Shown: positions 18,507 to 26,447 of the stretch, piece after piece
Numbering within the stretch: the stretch's first letter is position 1
How the letters are laid out: each line of letters starts with the position of its first letter
Virus record (IMG/VR): IMGVR_UViG_3300037882_001770
Location: 203,033 to 267,032 of that record
Reading direction: 5' to 3' (one strand)
DNA from: a virus
Length of the DNA: 64,000 bases
Made by a program: the position numbers and the translations under genes
Notes under the pieces: model-generated
Databases searched by the model: none
Told to the model about the DNA's origin: nothing
What the model saw: only the letters and a program-made list of their open reading frames with translations

Positions 18507-18832
18507 CACATCAGTTTGTGGTCATGTGGGATTGCAATGGTCTTGAGTATGTGGGCGATATCACCGAGGAACAGGGCCGAAAAACCTGGGCCACACTCAA
18601 AGGTGAGGAATATCGCGGCATGCCCAATCTGTTACATCTACGACTCAGAGCACAAGCAAACTATCAAAGAAATTATGAGATTTATTTTGTGGATGCAGTC
18701 GAAGGAATTACCACGGAAGATATCTGTAGCATGTTTGAGGCTGATCCTCAAACCGCCGCCGAAACTGTTAGACGTTTGGGACAGGTGTTTTACAGTAACC
18801 GGATCGACATATCAGATCGGGTTATAGTATAA
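18503..18832 (+). CDS. Hypothetical phage protein
   Basis: MWDCNGLE...RAQANYQRNYEIY motif. Confidence 0.75.
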   Translation: MTHQFVVMWDCNGLEYVGDITEEQGRKTWATLKGEEYRGMPNLLHLRLRAQANYQRNYEIYFVDAVEGITTEDICSMFEADPQTAAETVRRLGQVFYSNRIDISDRVIV

Positions 18833-18841
18833 GTTTTTCGA

Positions 18842-19075
18842 AGCTGAGTGATATCGGCTAGTGTGACCCGCACGATAAGTGAAATAATCAATCACGGGTG
18901 GTCCCAGTCTAACCTAACTGGCGCTGGCAATGCGTAACGGGCCCTGTAGTGAGCGGGTGAGGACTAGCTTGTTTCTCTGCTGAATCCGATGGGATAACCA
19001 GAGGCAACATAAACCGAATGTTGCAAAGTATAGGGTATAATTGACCGCCTGGGGCTGCAGAGCATTGTGGTATGT
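18842..19075 (+). ncRNA. Candidate structured non-coding RNA, unassigned family
   Basis: About 240-nt gap with no credible ORF, built of consecutive helices (AGCTGA/TCGGCT, ACCCG/CGGGT, CCAGT/ACTGG, CGC/GCG, TGTTTCTCTG/CAGAGGCAACA); strand assumed from flanking genes. Confidence 0.5.
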
Positions 19076-19080
19076 AGAGG

Positions 19081-19109
19081 TTGACATTTCTTAAAGATTC
19101 CAGTATAAT
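19081..19109 (+). promoter_or_regulatory. Perfect-consensus sigma70 promoter
   Basis: TTGACA-N17-TATAAT; leader carries CTAGCCG...CGGCTAG inverted repeat. Confidence 0.9.
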
Positions 19110-19195
19110 TGTCAAATGCTAGCCGATTTAAACTAAAGAAGTCGGCGGCTAGTTATTAACTGACAGTCTCAGGACTGCTATGAAAGGATGTAAAC

Positions 19196-20260
19196 ATGGT
19201 ACAGCGTCTTACACGTAAACTTACCGATGTGGCCTCGGAAGTTGAAAAGCAAATCAAGGCCCACTACAATATCACGCAAAAAATACTAGATAGTTTTCGT
19301 GAGCAAGCTCAAGCAAAACACACTCTAGGATATAACTTTCCTGAATCAAAAATGGTTGCCATTGATGATCTCTGGATTGATTACGAAGTTCAACGAGATG
19401 TGCTACACAAACATATTATCAGTATTATGAAAAATTGGGATCCAAGAATTTGTAGCCCAGTTTCAGCTTGCAAACTAACAGACCGCGAGCGGTGCGATAC
19501 ATACGACGGCCAGCATCGAACCATCTCTGCGGCAATCCTAGGCTATACAGAAATCCCAGGTGCAGTAGTTCATACCAACGACCCAAACTTTGCCAGTCTA
19601 GCATTTGAACAACTCAACGACACAGGTGTCAAACGTTTGGGTCCAGGCGACTTGCATCGCAATGCCTTGGTGCGTTATAAAAATGGTAGTCACGAACTTC
19701 GCAATGTTCGTGCTCGCATCTTGCAAGATCAGTTTGATAACTTGCAAATTGACCTGCAAGACAAAGGTGCTAGGTCCAGCGATAACCTACGCGGCGATCA
19801 CGACTACTTTTTTAGTCATTTTAAATATGCCTACAAGGCTATTGATATTGACGAATCCGGCAAGGTGTTGTGTGCTGTGTTGGATGCTATAAAAACAGTA
19901 TTTCCTTTGCAGGAAGAAGTTGATCAAGGTGTGTTTATTGGCCTAGTTGAATTGCAACGATTAACCAATACTAATCCACGTAATCAACTACCCACGGATT
20001 GGATGAAAACCTTGTTGGAATCTGTTAAATCTACTTTTAAAAGCAGTCATTTGATTCATGCCAAAGCAAAGATTCAATGGGAACACAGCCATCCAGGTGC
20101 AGGTTGGGTCGCTCCTACTGCTATGAGTAACTTCATGCGTGAGATTCATCTACGCAATGGTGGCAAATTGAATCTTCCTTATCACGGTGAGGGTGCCAAG
20201 GTTGGTATTGTGGATGGTAATGTCGCTCCGGGACTATTTCCACAGGGAGCCGAACAATGA
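19196..20260 (+). CDS. ParB/Srx-like DGQHR-motif protein (DUF6551/DndB/DUF262-related fold)
   Basis: IDYEVQR...YDGQHRT...FEQLN motifs. Confidence 0.7.
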   Translation: MVQRLTRKLTDVASEVEKQIKAHYNITQKILDSFREQAQAKHTLGYNFPESKMVAIDDLWIDYEVQRDVLHKHIISIMKNWDPRICSPVSACKLTDRERCDTYDGQHRTISAAILGYTEIPGAVVHTNDPNFASLAFEQLNDTGVKRLGPGDLHRNALVRYKNGSHELRNVRARILQDQFDNLQIDLQDKGARSSDNLRGDHDYFFSHFKYAYKAIDIDESGKVLCAVLDAIKTVFPLQEEVDQGVFIGLVELQRLTNTNPRNQLPTDWMKTLLESVKSTFKSSHLIHAKAKIQWEHSHPGAGWVAPTAMSNFMREIHLRNGGKLNLPYHGEGAKVGIVDGNVAPGLFPQGAEQ

Positions 20261-20739
20261 ATCCTACCATCACAATCAACCTGGCAGATATTTGGGACTA
20301 TACAGAAATTCCACACATCATGCGAAATCACATGATTGCTGAGTATGGCTATGCTTTTAGACGTGGTAACATGATTCTCAAGTACGGATTAAGTGCCGAC
20401 AACTCTAGAATTTACGGCGAACGTATCTATCGTCAATCCGGCAATTTACCAGGATGGAGAAAACTGCTGGGCGGCCCCAGTGGTAGCGACATGGCAGATA
20501 TTGCTCGTGAGTTTGAACAAATATACGGTCTGGAGTTGAATAGAAAAGATGTGTCTATTGATGTTTACCAGATGCCCAATGCCTCTGCTTGTGCTGAGTT
20601 CGAACGCAAACTGATCACCGATTATATATGGACTCACGAAGGATCAGCACCACTGGGTAACAAAGATTTTGAGACCTTGCTGGAAGAGCGCAAGTATCGT
20701 AATACCCGTATGTTGTCTACTATCATAGAGTTTATCTAA
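20257..20739 (+). CDS. Putative GIY-YIG-like nuclease
   Basis: YGYAF...ILKYGLS...ERIYRQ...FERKLI...PLGN layout resembles GIY-YIG core. Confidence 0.45.
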   Translation: MNPTITINLADIWDYTEIPHIMRNHMIAEYGYAFRRGNMILKYGLSADNSRIYGERIYRQSGNLPGWRKLLGGPSGSDMADIAREFEQIYGLELNRKDVSIDVYQMPNASACAEFERKLITDYIWTHEGSAPLGNKDFETLLEERKYRNTRMLSTIIEFI

Positions 20740-20741
20740 CC

Positions 20742-21299
20742 ATGCTTAAAGAATCTCTAGATACGTTTGTTGCACCCAACTACGGTAAGACTCAGCGCAG
20801 TCCCGAAACTTATCAAGCGGTAGCTCAACATTGTCGCCAGCACTTGATTCACTTGGTTACCGAATATCATCTTGTAAATAATAATCAACAATTATTACGA
20901 GAAATTCGTAACGATATGGATTATTACCTACGACGATATCACGAATACTGTATCCAACAACGTGATGGTATGAAAGCGCACTACTATGAAATTGGCGCCG
21001 ACGATGACTGTGACTTTGAACACTTGATACCAGCAGCTCGAATTCGTGATCTGCTGTTATTTGGGATCATCACTGTAGAGCAAGCTCTTAATGCTCCTAC
21101 TGTAAGATTGAGTCGCGCTAAACACATGGCGCTCAAAGATGCTGGTTGGGCCAGTAAAACTCCCGACATGTGGTTACCGTTCCGTCGATACACTCAGGTA
21201 TTTGCCGCAAACTTTCAAACGCATGACGGGGTAGCAATAGATACAGAAACATGGACATTAGAAAAACATTTTGATTATTTTAAACATTTGGTGTTATAA
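20742..21299 (+). CDS. Putative HNH-like (EHxxP) protein
   Basis: DFEHLIPA motif, downstream H...RRY. Confidence 0.45.
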   Translation: MLKESLDTFVAPNYGKTQRSPETYQAVAQHCRQHLIHLVTEYHLVNNNQQLLREIRNDMDYYLRRYHEYCIQQRDGMKAHYYEIGADDDCDFEHLIPAARIRDLLLFGIITVEQALNAPTVRLSRAKHMALKDAGWASKTPDMWLPFRRYTQVFAANFQTHDGVAIDTETWTLEKHFDYFKHLVL

Positions 21300-21745
21300 T
21301 GAGTGAAATTACTTTTAAACGATTTCCTGAAAGCAAGCAAGAACAGATCAGACAGTTTGTGGCCTATGCACAGATGTGTGGCTTGTCGGGCAAGGACATT
21401 CGCAGCATCGGTGACAAGCTGGATCGGCAACGCAAGGTCAGCGAGCGGCAGGCCAACATGGAAATCGTTAAAGGCTTTGAGTGTTTAAGCATTGGGGATG
21501 ATGCCAAGAAATACGATAAAAAATATCAACTCAACCAACGTTTCAAACTCAAAACTGCTAACGGCGCTTACAACTTTGTTTACAACTGGGGTGGTTATAC
21601 GGTCACCAGTTTAAAAACTAAAAAAACTGTAAGCCACAAGACTGACATCCATGCTTATGAACTTCCGGTTAGAAACTATGATGAAGTCGCTCGTTATGCA
21701 ACCTTGTTGGATATTGCATTTGGTAAATTGAAACTGAATTTTTAA
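21299..21745 (+). CDS. Hypothetical protein
   Basis: TAATG-coupled ORF. Confidence 0.7.
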   Translation: MSEITFKRFPESKQEQIRQFVAYAQMCGLSGKDIRSIGDKLDRQRKVSERQANMEIVKGFECLSIGDDAKKYDKKYQLNQRFKLKTANGAYNFVYNWGGYTVTSLKTKKTVSHKTDIHAYELPVRNYDEVARYATLLDIAFGKLKLNF

Positions 21746-22893
21746 TGATTGAACAATACTATCAACAGCTATGTCAGGAGTGGGGATATACGCCCACCGC
21801 CGATGTATGCACAGGTTACGAATCGGTTATGCCTAGATTGCGAGCACTTGGCAAAGAAGCATGGAACCGAGCCGACGAAGCGGGGAAGCAATCGATTCAG
21901 GATGAAGTATTTAATATCTATCGCAGTGTGGGCGTAGTTCCTATTACCTACTACAATCTGGACGGGTGTCGTGCTCAAGTCAATGAACTAGTAACCAAGA
22001 CAAAGTCAGTTAAGAATCATCAGTTAGGAGTGGGCAACAACGAAGGCTTGGCATTTGGTCGGTTTTGGTTTCCTAACATGCAAGATGCCAAATGGAACGA
22101 CAACGCCACAGTGAGTATTCGGGCTAGATTTAATCACGACAGCAAACTCAAACGAGCAATCAAGTTGGCCTATGTACATCGCGACGAAGGTGAGGACACA
22201 GTAATACCCAAAAATATTCGCCGTGCATTGGAGCTGGTCAATGGTGGGACCATACAAAACTTCAAACCTATGAATGCTCGTGCTGTTTGGGAACATATCT
22301 GCCCAGTATTTCGTGGCAACGTATTAGACTTTAGTTCGGGATATGGTGGTCGTATGTTTGGAGCAATGACTAGTAATCTACGATATCATTACACAGGATT
22401 AGATCCAAATACCAGGACATTTCAAGGACTCAATGCACTGGGTGAATTACTTACAGATCAAAATTTAGGGGCAGGTTATTCTATGCACTGTATTCCCAGT
22501 GAGGAATTTGATCCAGACCCTGGCTTCTACGATGCGGCATTCTCTAGTCCACCTTATTTTAATTTAGAAACCTACACCGATGAACCAACACAATGTATGA
22601 ATCGTTATACTACATTAGACGAATGGTTTGATGGATATGTAGTTGAAACTATACACATGACTCACAAGGCATTATGTCAGGGCGGTATGTATGCTGTAAA
22701 CATTGCTGACTACAAGAACGGAAAGCAAGATTTTAAGATTGTAAACCACTGGATTGAACTAGCCGAAGCGACTGGATTCAGGCACGTCGAAACAATAGAT
22801 ATGATACTAAATGTTCGCCCAGGAGTTGGCAACAACAAGTTGGAAAAAGCCTACAAAAGCGAAGGCATCTATATTTTCCAAAAAAAATCATAA
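21745..22893 (+). CDS. DNA amino-methyltransferase (N4-C or N6-A)
   Basis: SAM-binding VLDFSSGYGGR followed by catalytic FSSPPYF. Confidence 0.85.
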   Translation: MIEQYYQQLCQEWGYTPTADVCTGYESVMPRLRALGKEAWNRADEAGKQSIQDEVFNIYRSVGVVPITYYNLDGCRAQVNELVTKTKSVKNHQLGVGNNEGLAFGRFWFPNMQDAKWNDNATVSIRARFNHDSKLKRAIKLAYVHRDEGEDTVIPKNIRRALELVNGGTIQNFKPMNARAVWEHICPVFRGNVLDFSSGYGGRMFGAMTSNLRYHYTGLDPNTRTFQGLNALGELLTDQNLGAGYSMHCIPSEEFDPDPGFYDAAFSSPPYFNLETYTDEPTQCMNRYTTLDEWFDGYVVETIHMTHKALCQGGMYAVNIADYKNGKQDFKIVNHWIELAEATGFRHVETIDMILNVRPGVGNNKLEKAYKSEGIYIFQKKS

Positions 22894-22926
22894 AAATATA
22901 TTCGCAAGCCCATAGGCACAATCTAT
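22890..22926 (+). promoter_or_regulatory. OxyR/LysR-like operator
   Basis: ATAA-N7-TTCG-N7-ATAG-N7-CTAT, 9 nt upstream of a -35 hexamer. Confidence 0.5.
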
Positions 22927-22935
22927 TAAAAACTG

Positions 22936-22964
22936 TTGACAATAGTATTAAATAAACATATACT
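22936..22964 (+). promoter_or_regulatory. sigma70-type promoter of rubredoxin
   Basis: TTGACA-N17-TATACT. Confidence 0.85.
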
Positions 22965-23004
22965 ATTAATCAGTAGTTGTAACAATATTCAAAAGGAAAT
23001 CTAA

Positions 23005-23148
23005 ATGGAACAATATGTATGTGGAGTATGTGGCCACGTTCACAATGAGGCCGTCGAAGGTGTGTTTGCAGAACTTAGCGACAACTTTCTTTGCCCTGAG
23101 TGCGGGTGCTACAAAGATGAGTACGCAGTACAAGAACTAGCAGTATAA
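23005..23148 (+). CDS. Rubredoxin, 47 aa (not in ORF track)
   Basis: MEQYVCGVCGHVH...LSDNFLCPECGCYKDEY: two CxxCG knuckles; AAGGA RBS. Confidence 0.85.
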   Translation: MEQYVCGVCGHVHNEAVEGVFAELSDNFLCPECGCYKDEYAVQELAV

Positions 23149-23205
23149 GGTCGACACAGTGAGTAAATCACTGTATAATTGTTTTTTTATAAAGGAGAAG
23201 TAAAG

Positions 23206-23646
23206 ATGGCAAAATCAGTAAAAGGTACCAAAACAGAACACGCATTGAAAGATGCGTTTGCAGGTGAAAGCAAAGCCAACCGCCGTTATTTGTATTTCGC
23301 AAACATGGCTGACGTAGCAGGCGCACCAGATGTTGCGGCAGTATTCCGTTCCACCGCTGAAGGCGAAACAGGTCATGCACACGGCCATATGGAGTACTTG
23401 ATCACAGGTGGTGCAGGCGATCCTGAAACAGGTCTTCCAGCTGGTTCAGTCAAAGAAGCTTTAGAAAGTGCTATCGCAGGCGAGACACACGAGTACACCG
23501 ACATGTACCCAGGCATGGCTAAGACAGCCCGCGACGAAGGCTTTGACGAAATCGCTGACTGGTTTGAGACTTTGGCTAAGGCTGAGCGTAGCCACGCAAA
23601 CAAGTTCACCAAGACTTTGGCGGCTCACTTAGAAGACATCAAGTAA
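23206..23646 (+). CDS. rbr: Rubrerythrin (short, di-iron domain only)
   Basis: [51 protein letters not shown]. Confidence 0.9.
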   Translation: MAKSVKGTKTEHALKDAFAGESKANRRYLYFANMADVAGAPDVAAVFRSTAEGETGHAHGHMEYLITGGAGDPETGLPAGSVKEALESAIAGETHEYTDMYPGMAKTARDEGFDEIADWFETLAKAERSHANKFTKTLAAHLEDIK

Positions 23647-23847
23647 TTGGAAACCAGAACAAGAACTCTTGTCAAGACAATGATCTACAGGTGCTGGGTC
23701 TTGCTCAGCACCTATGTGATGCTGTTGGTCACTGGTCAAAGTTTTGCTGAGGCTATTGTTCCTACTATCATTATCAACTGTGTCTGGATGACGTCCTACT
23801 ACCTGTATGACCGACTCTGGGCACACATTGCCTGGGGACGTGAATGA
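23647..23847 (+). CDS. DUF2061-like small membrane protein
   Basis: ETRTRTLVKTMIYR...YYLYDRLWAHIAWG. Confidence 0.7.
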   Translation: METRTRTLVKTMIYRCWVLLSTYVMLLVTGQSFAEAIVPTIIINCVWMTSYYLYDRLWAHIAWGRE

Positions 23848-24153
23848 ATGCAAGTTGTCACCTGGTCTGATTGGCTTGAACGCCATATTCCCTACTACCA
23901 ACAGCAGCAACAGCAAGACCAGTATGGCAATTATCCACCGGAAGCTGTGTTGATAATTGACCCCACAGATCGCTATCAACGCTCAGTTCGTCATGGTTAT
24001 ATTGGCAGCACCTGGGAAGCTATGGACAATCTGATTGCGGCGTTAAACTATCGGTCCAAACCAATATTCTTGGATACTGACACACACCAACGCTGGTATT
24101 GGGGTTTTTGGTCACAAAACGATGCCCTGGCAGCTGTAATACGATTGTCATAA
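23848..24153 (+). CDS. Hypothetical protein
   Basis: 101-aa ORF, C-terminal FWSQNDALAAVIRL. Confidence 0.6.
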   Translation: MQVVTWSDWLERHIPYYQQQQQQDQYGNYPPEAVLIIDPTDRYQRSVRHGYIGSTWEAMDNLIAALNYRSKPIFLDTDTHQRWYWGFWSQNDALAAVIRLS

Positions 24154-24173
24154 AATAACCAGTAAATAACTTA

Positions 24174-24240
24174 ACCGGACACAAGATAAGGTGATCGCTG
24201 GAGTCCGTAACCAGCACTAAAGAGCCCAGGCTCTTTTTTT
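24174..24240 (+). ncRNA. Candidate small pseudoknotted RNA or attenuator
   Basis: Follows TAAATA (24163-68); interleaved stems CGGAC/GTCCG and GCTGG/CCAGC; ends in terminator. Confidence 0.5.
24219..24240 (+). terminator. Intrinsic terminator
   Basis: AAAGAGC-ccag-GCTCTTT plus T run. Confidence 0.8.
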
Positions 24241-24280
24241 ATTGTCACAATTTTCTCCTTGATTTTTCATATATACTTGT

Positions 24281-24298
24281 GTTACAGTTTTATTACTG
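24281..24298 (-). promoter_or_regulatory. Pho-box-like direct repeat
   Basis: CAGTAAT-AAAA-CTGTAAC on minus strand (7-4-7, compare CTGTCAT-AAAA-CTGTCAT). Confidence 0.4.
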
Positions 24299-24313
24299 AA
24301 GGAGGACAAGACT

Positions 24314-24472
24314 ATGAAACAAAGTAAATTGGTTCGTAAAGTGTATCAGGCCTGTATCGACCATGACGCTGAGAAACAGCAGGAACTTCGCAAGAAGGAA
24401 TTTGCCAAGATCTTTAAGCACAAGTCCGCAGGCAAATCATTTGACACCAAGTGGACACTAGTAACGGTGTAA
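24314..24472 (+). CDS. Small basic protein, 52 aa (not in ORF track)
   Basis: AAGGAGG RBS; MKQSKLVRKVYQACIDHD...WTLVTV*. Confidence 0.7.
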   Translation: MKQSKLVRKVYQACIDHDAEKQQELRKKEFAKIFKHKSAGKSFDTKWTLVTV

Positions 24473-24484
24473 CAAAAGTGTAAT
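24467..24484 (+). promoter_or_regulatory. Pho-box-like direct repeat upstream of plcP-like gene
   Basis: GTGTAAC-AAAA-GTGTAAT with 11-bp periodicity. Confidence 0.5.
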
Positions 24485-24517
24485 ACTTTTTTCTCTGGCA
24501 TTGCAGTAAATAAGCAC

Positions 24518-25342
24518 ATGCCAGAAAAAACCTACAGATCAATTTTTATTTCGGATGTACATCTCGGTACCCGTGACTGCAAGGCCGAAGCTCTCAACAA
24601 CTTTCTCAAACACAACACCTGCGAAACCCTGTATCTTGTAGGAGACATAATTGACGCATGGAAAATACAACAGAACAAGTGGCGATGGAAACAAAGCCAC
24701 ACCAATGTGATACGCAGAGTAATGGGTCATGCCAAACGTGGCACTCGAGTAATTTATGTGGCCGGCAACCACGATGAATTTCTAAGACCCTTGATACCTT
24801 TGGGCATTGGCTTTGGCCTGATCGAAGTGGTAAATCAAGCAGAACACATAGGCGTGGATGGCCGACACTATCTGGTCACACATGGTGATCTGTTCGACGG
24901 TATTACTAGACTGGCACCGTGGCTAGCATTTCTGGGTGACAAACTTTATGATTTTGTATTAAACTTAAATTCACAGTTCAATGCTGTTCGTCGTAGGTTG
25001 CGCTTGGGTTATTGGAGTCTAAGCCGGTATCTCAAATACAAAGTCAAAAAAGCCGCCGATTTTTTGTTTCAGTTTGAACGTAATCTTGCTACCTACTGCA
25101 AGAAGCGTGGCTACGATGGTGTTATTTGTGGGCACATACATCATGCAGAAATCAAAGAGATAGATGGAATCATGTACATGAATGACGGAGACTGGGTTGA
25201 GAGTATGACCGCCTTGGTTGAACATCATTCAGGAACATGGGAAATCATAACCTGGACCAAGGAGCACGACGATGTGGATACTGATACTGTTGGCCGTGAA
25301 CATAAACAATCCAAACGACGTACCCGGAAGAGTAAGCATTGA
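24518..25342 (+). CDS. plcP: PlcP-like phospholipase C (LpxH/UDP-2,3-diacylglucosamine hydrolase-like metallophosphoesterase)
   Basis: YRSIFISDVHLGTRDCKAE, LVGDIIDAW, GNHDEFLR, HGDLFD, GYWSLS.YLK.KVK, CGHIH, NDGDWVES. Confidence 0.8.
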   Translation: MPEKTYRSIFISDVHLGTRDCKAEALNNFLKHNTCETLYLVGDIIDAWKIQQNKWRWKQSHTNVIRRVMGHAKRGTRVIYVAGNHDEFLRPLIPLGIGFGLIEVVNQAEHIGVDGRHYLVTHGDLFDGITRLAPWLAFLGDKLYDFVLNLNSQFNAVRRRLRLGYWSLSRYLKYKVKKAADFLFQFERNLATYCKKRGYDGVICGHIHHAEIKEIDGIMYMNDGDWVESMTALVEHHSGTWEIITWTKEHDDVDTDTVGREHKQSKRRTRKSKH

Positions 25343-25445
25343 GTTTGCCACCGAATCTGAATGTGTGCGGGCTCAGTCCACTGTGCAGTCGTGGTTGAAA
25401 TTTGATTCTTTTCGAGTGATTACCAAATGTCAAAAACAATCTTAG
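25272..25445 (+). CDS. 57-aa hydrophobic-start protein overlapping both neighbours (not in ORF track)
   Basis: AAGGAG RBS; MWILILLAVNINNPNDVPGRV...ECVRAQ...TKCQKQS*. Confidence 0.55.
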   Translation: MWILILLAVNINNPNDVPGRVSIEFATESECVRAQSTVQSWLKFDSFRVITKCQKQS

Positions 25446-26434
25446 TAATAACCGACAATGTTCCAGATCAAATCAACGGTGTGGTCACAACTTTCAAAAA
25501 CCTGGAAAGTCACGCTGTTGACGCTGGGCATTGTGTTGTTTATCTTGATCCCTCTCAGTTTCCTCATTGTGCTTGCCCTGGGTATCCTGAAGTTCAACTC
25601 TGCTGGCCACACGGCATTAGCACGAAGATTAAGGCGATACAGCCGTCGTATATTCACATTGCCACCGAAGGCCCAGTAGGCCTATTTGCTCGCTGGTGGT
25701 GTGAGCGAAATCACATTCCCTACAATACCAGTTATCACACCGACTTTGCCAAGTTTCTAAAGAAAATGTATCGTGTGCCTGAGTCCGTGACCTGGTGGTA
25801 TCTGCGTTGGTTTCACAAGAACAGTCACAGGGTGCTGGTTACAACAGAAAGCATACGGCAAGACTTGTTGACTCGTGGATTCGCCAATCTGCGTGTGTGG
25901 ACTCGAGGAGTAGACCGAACCATATTTAACAGCACTCATCGTGGTGAAACTGTGGCAGGCGGTCCGGTACTGTTAAGTGTTGGTCGGGTAAGTGTTGAAA
26001 AAGGCCTAGATGATTTTTGCCGATTAGACATTCCAGGCGCCACCAAAATTGTAGTTGGGGACGGTCCATATAGACAAGAATTACAACGCCGGTATCCTGA
26101 TATCGTTTTTGTGGGAAGTAAACAAGGAACCGACTTGGCTCGGTATTATGCTCAAGCCGATGTGTTTGTTTTTGCCAGTCGTGCTGACACTTTTGGTGTG
26201 GTCAACATTGAAGCATTGGCCTGCGGAACCCCGGTTGCGGCCTATCCTGTTGCAGGACCCAAGGATATTGTTGAGCCTGGACTTACCGGATTCTTAAACA
26301 ACAATTTACAATTAGCAGTGCAACAGTGCTTGACTCTGGATCGTGCGGCGGTAGAAACAGCCAGCCTACAATGGACCTGGGCAGAATGTTGGCGTATATT
26401 TGAGGACAATCTAGTAGACTGTTCTGTTGCCTAA
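25427..26434 (+). CDS. GT4 glycosyltransferase, Agt-like glycolipid synthase
   Basis: ITDNVPDQINGVVTT, IHIATEGPVG, TSYHTDF, VGRVSVEK, DTFGVVNIEALACGTPV. Confidence 0.85.
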   Translation: MSKTILVITDNVPDQINGVVTTFKNLESHAVDAGHCVVYLDPSQFPHCACPGYPEVQLCWPHGISTKIKAIQPSYIHIATEGPVGLFARWWCERNHIPYNTSYHTDFAKFLKKMYRVPESVTWWYLRWFHKNSHRVLVTTESIRQDLLTRGFANLRVWTRGVDRTIFNSTHRGETVAGGPVLLSVGRVSVEKGLDDFCRLDIPGATKIVVGDGPYRQELQRRYPDIVFVGSKQGTDLARYYAQADVFVFASRADTFGVVNIEALACGTPVAAYPVAGPKDIVEPGLTGFLNNNLQLAVQQCLTLDRAAVETASLQWTWAECWRIFEDNLVDCSVA

Positions 26435-26447
26435 AAACAACACATTT

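Noticed and set aside
19051..19080. GGGGCTG resembling a tmRNA 5' end
   Set aside because: No matching T-arm/CCA 3' end or tag reading frame; a promoter follows immediately.
24518..25342. Annotation as lipid A biosynthesis enzyme LpxH
   Set aside because: The motif series and adjacent Agt-like GT4 fit the PlcP subgroup better; phylogeny is needed to settle it.
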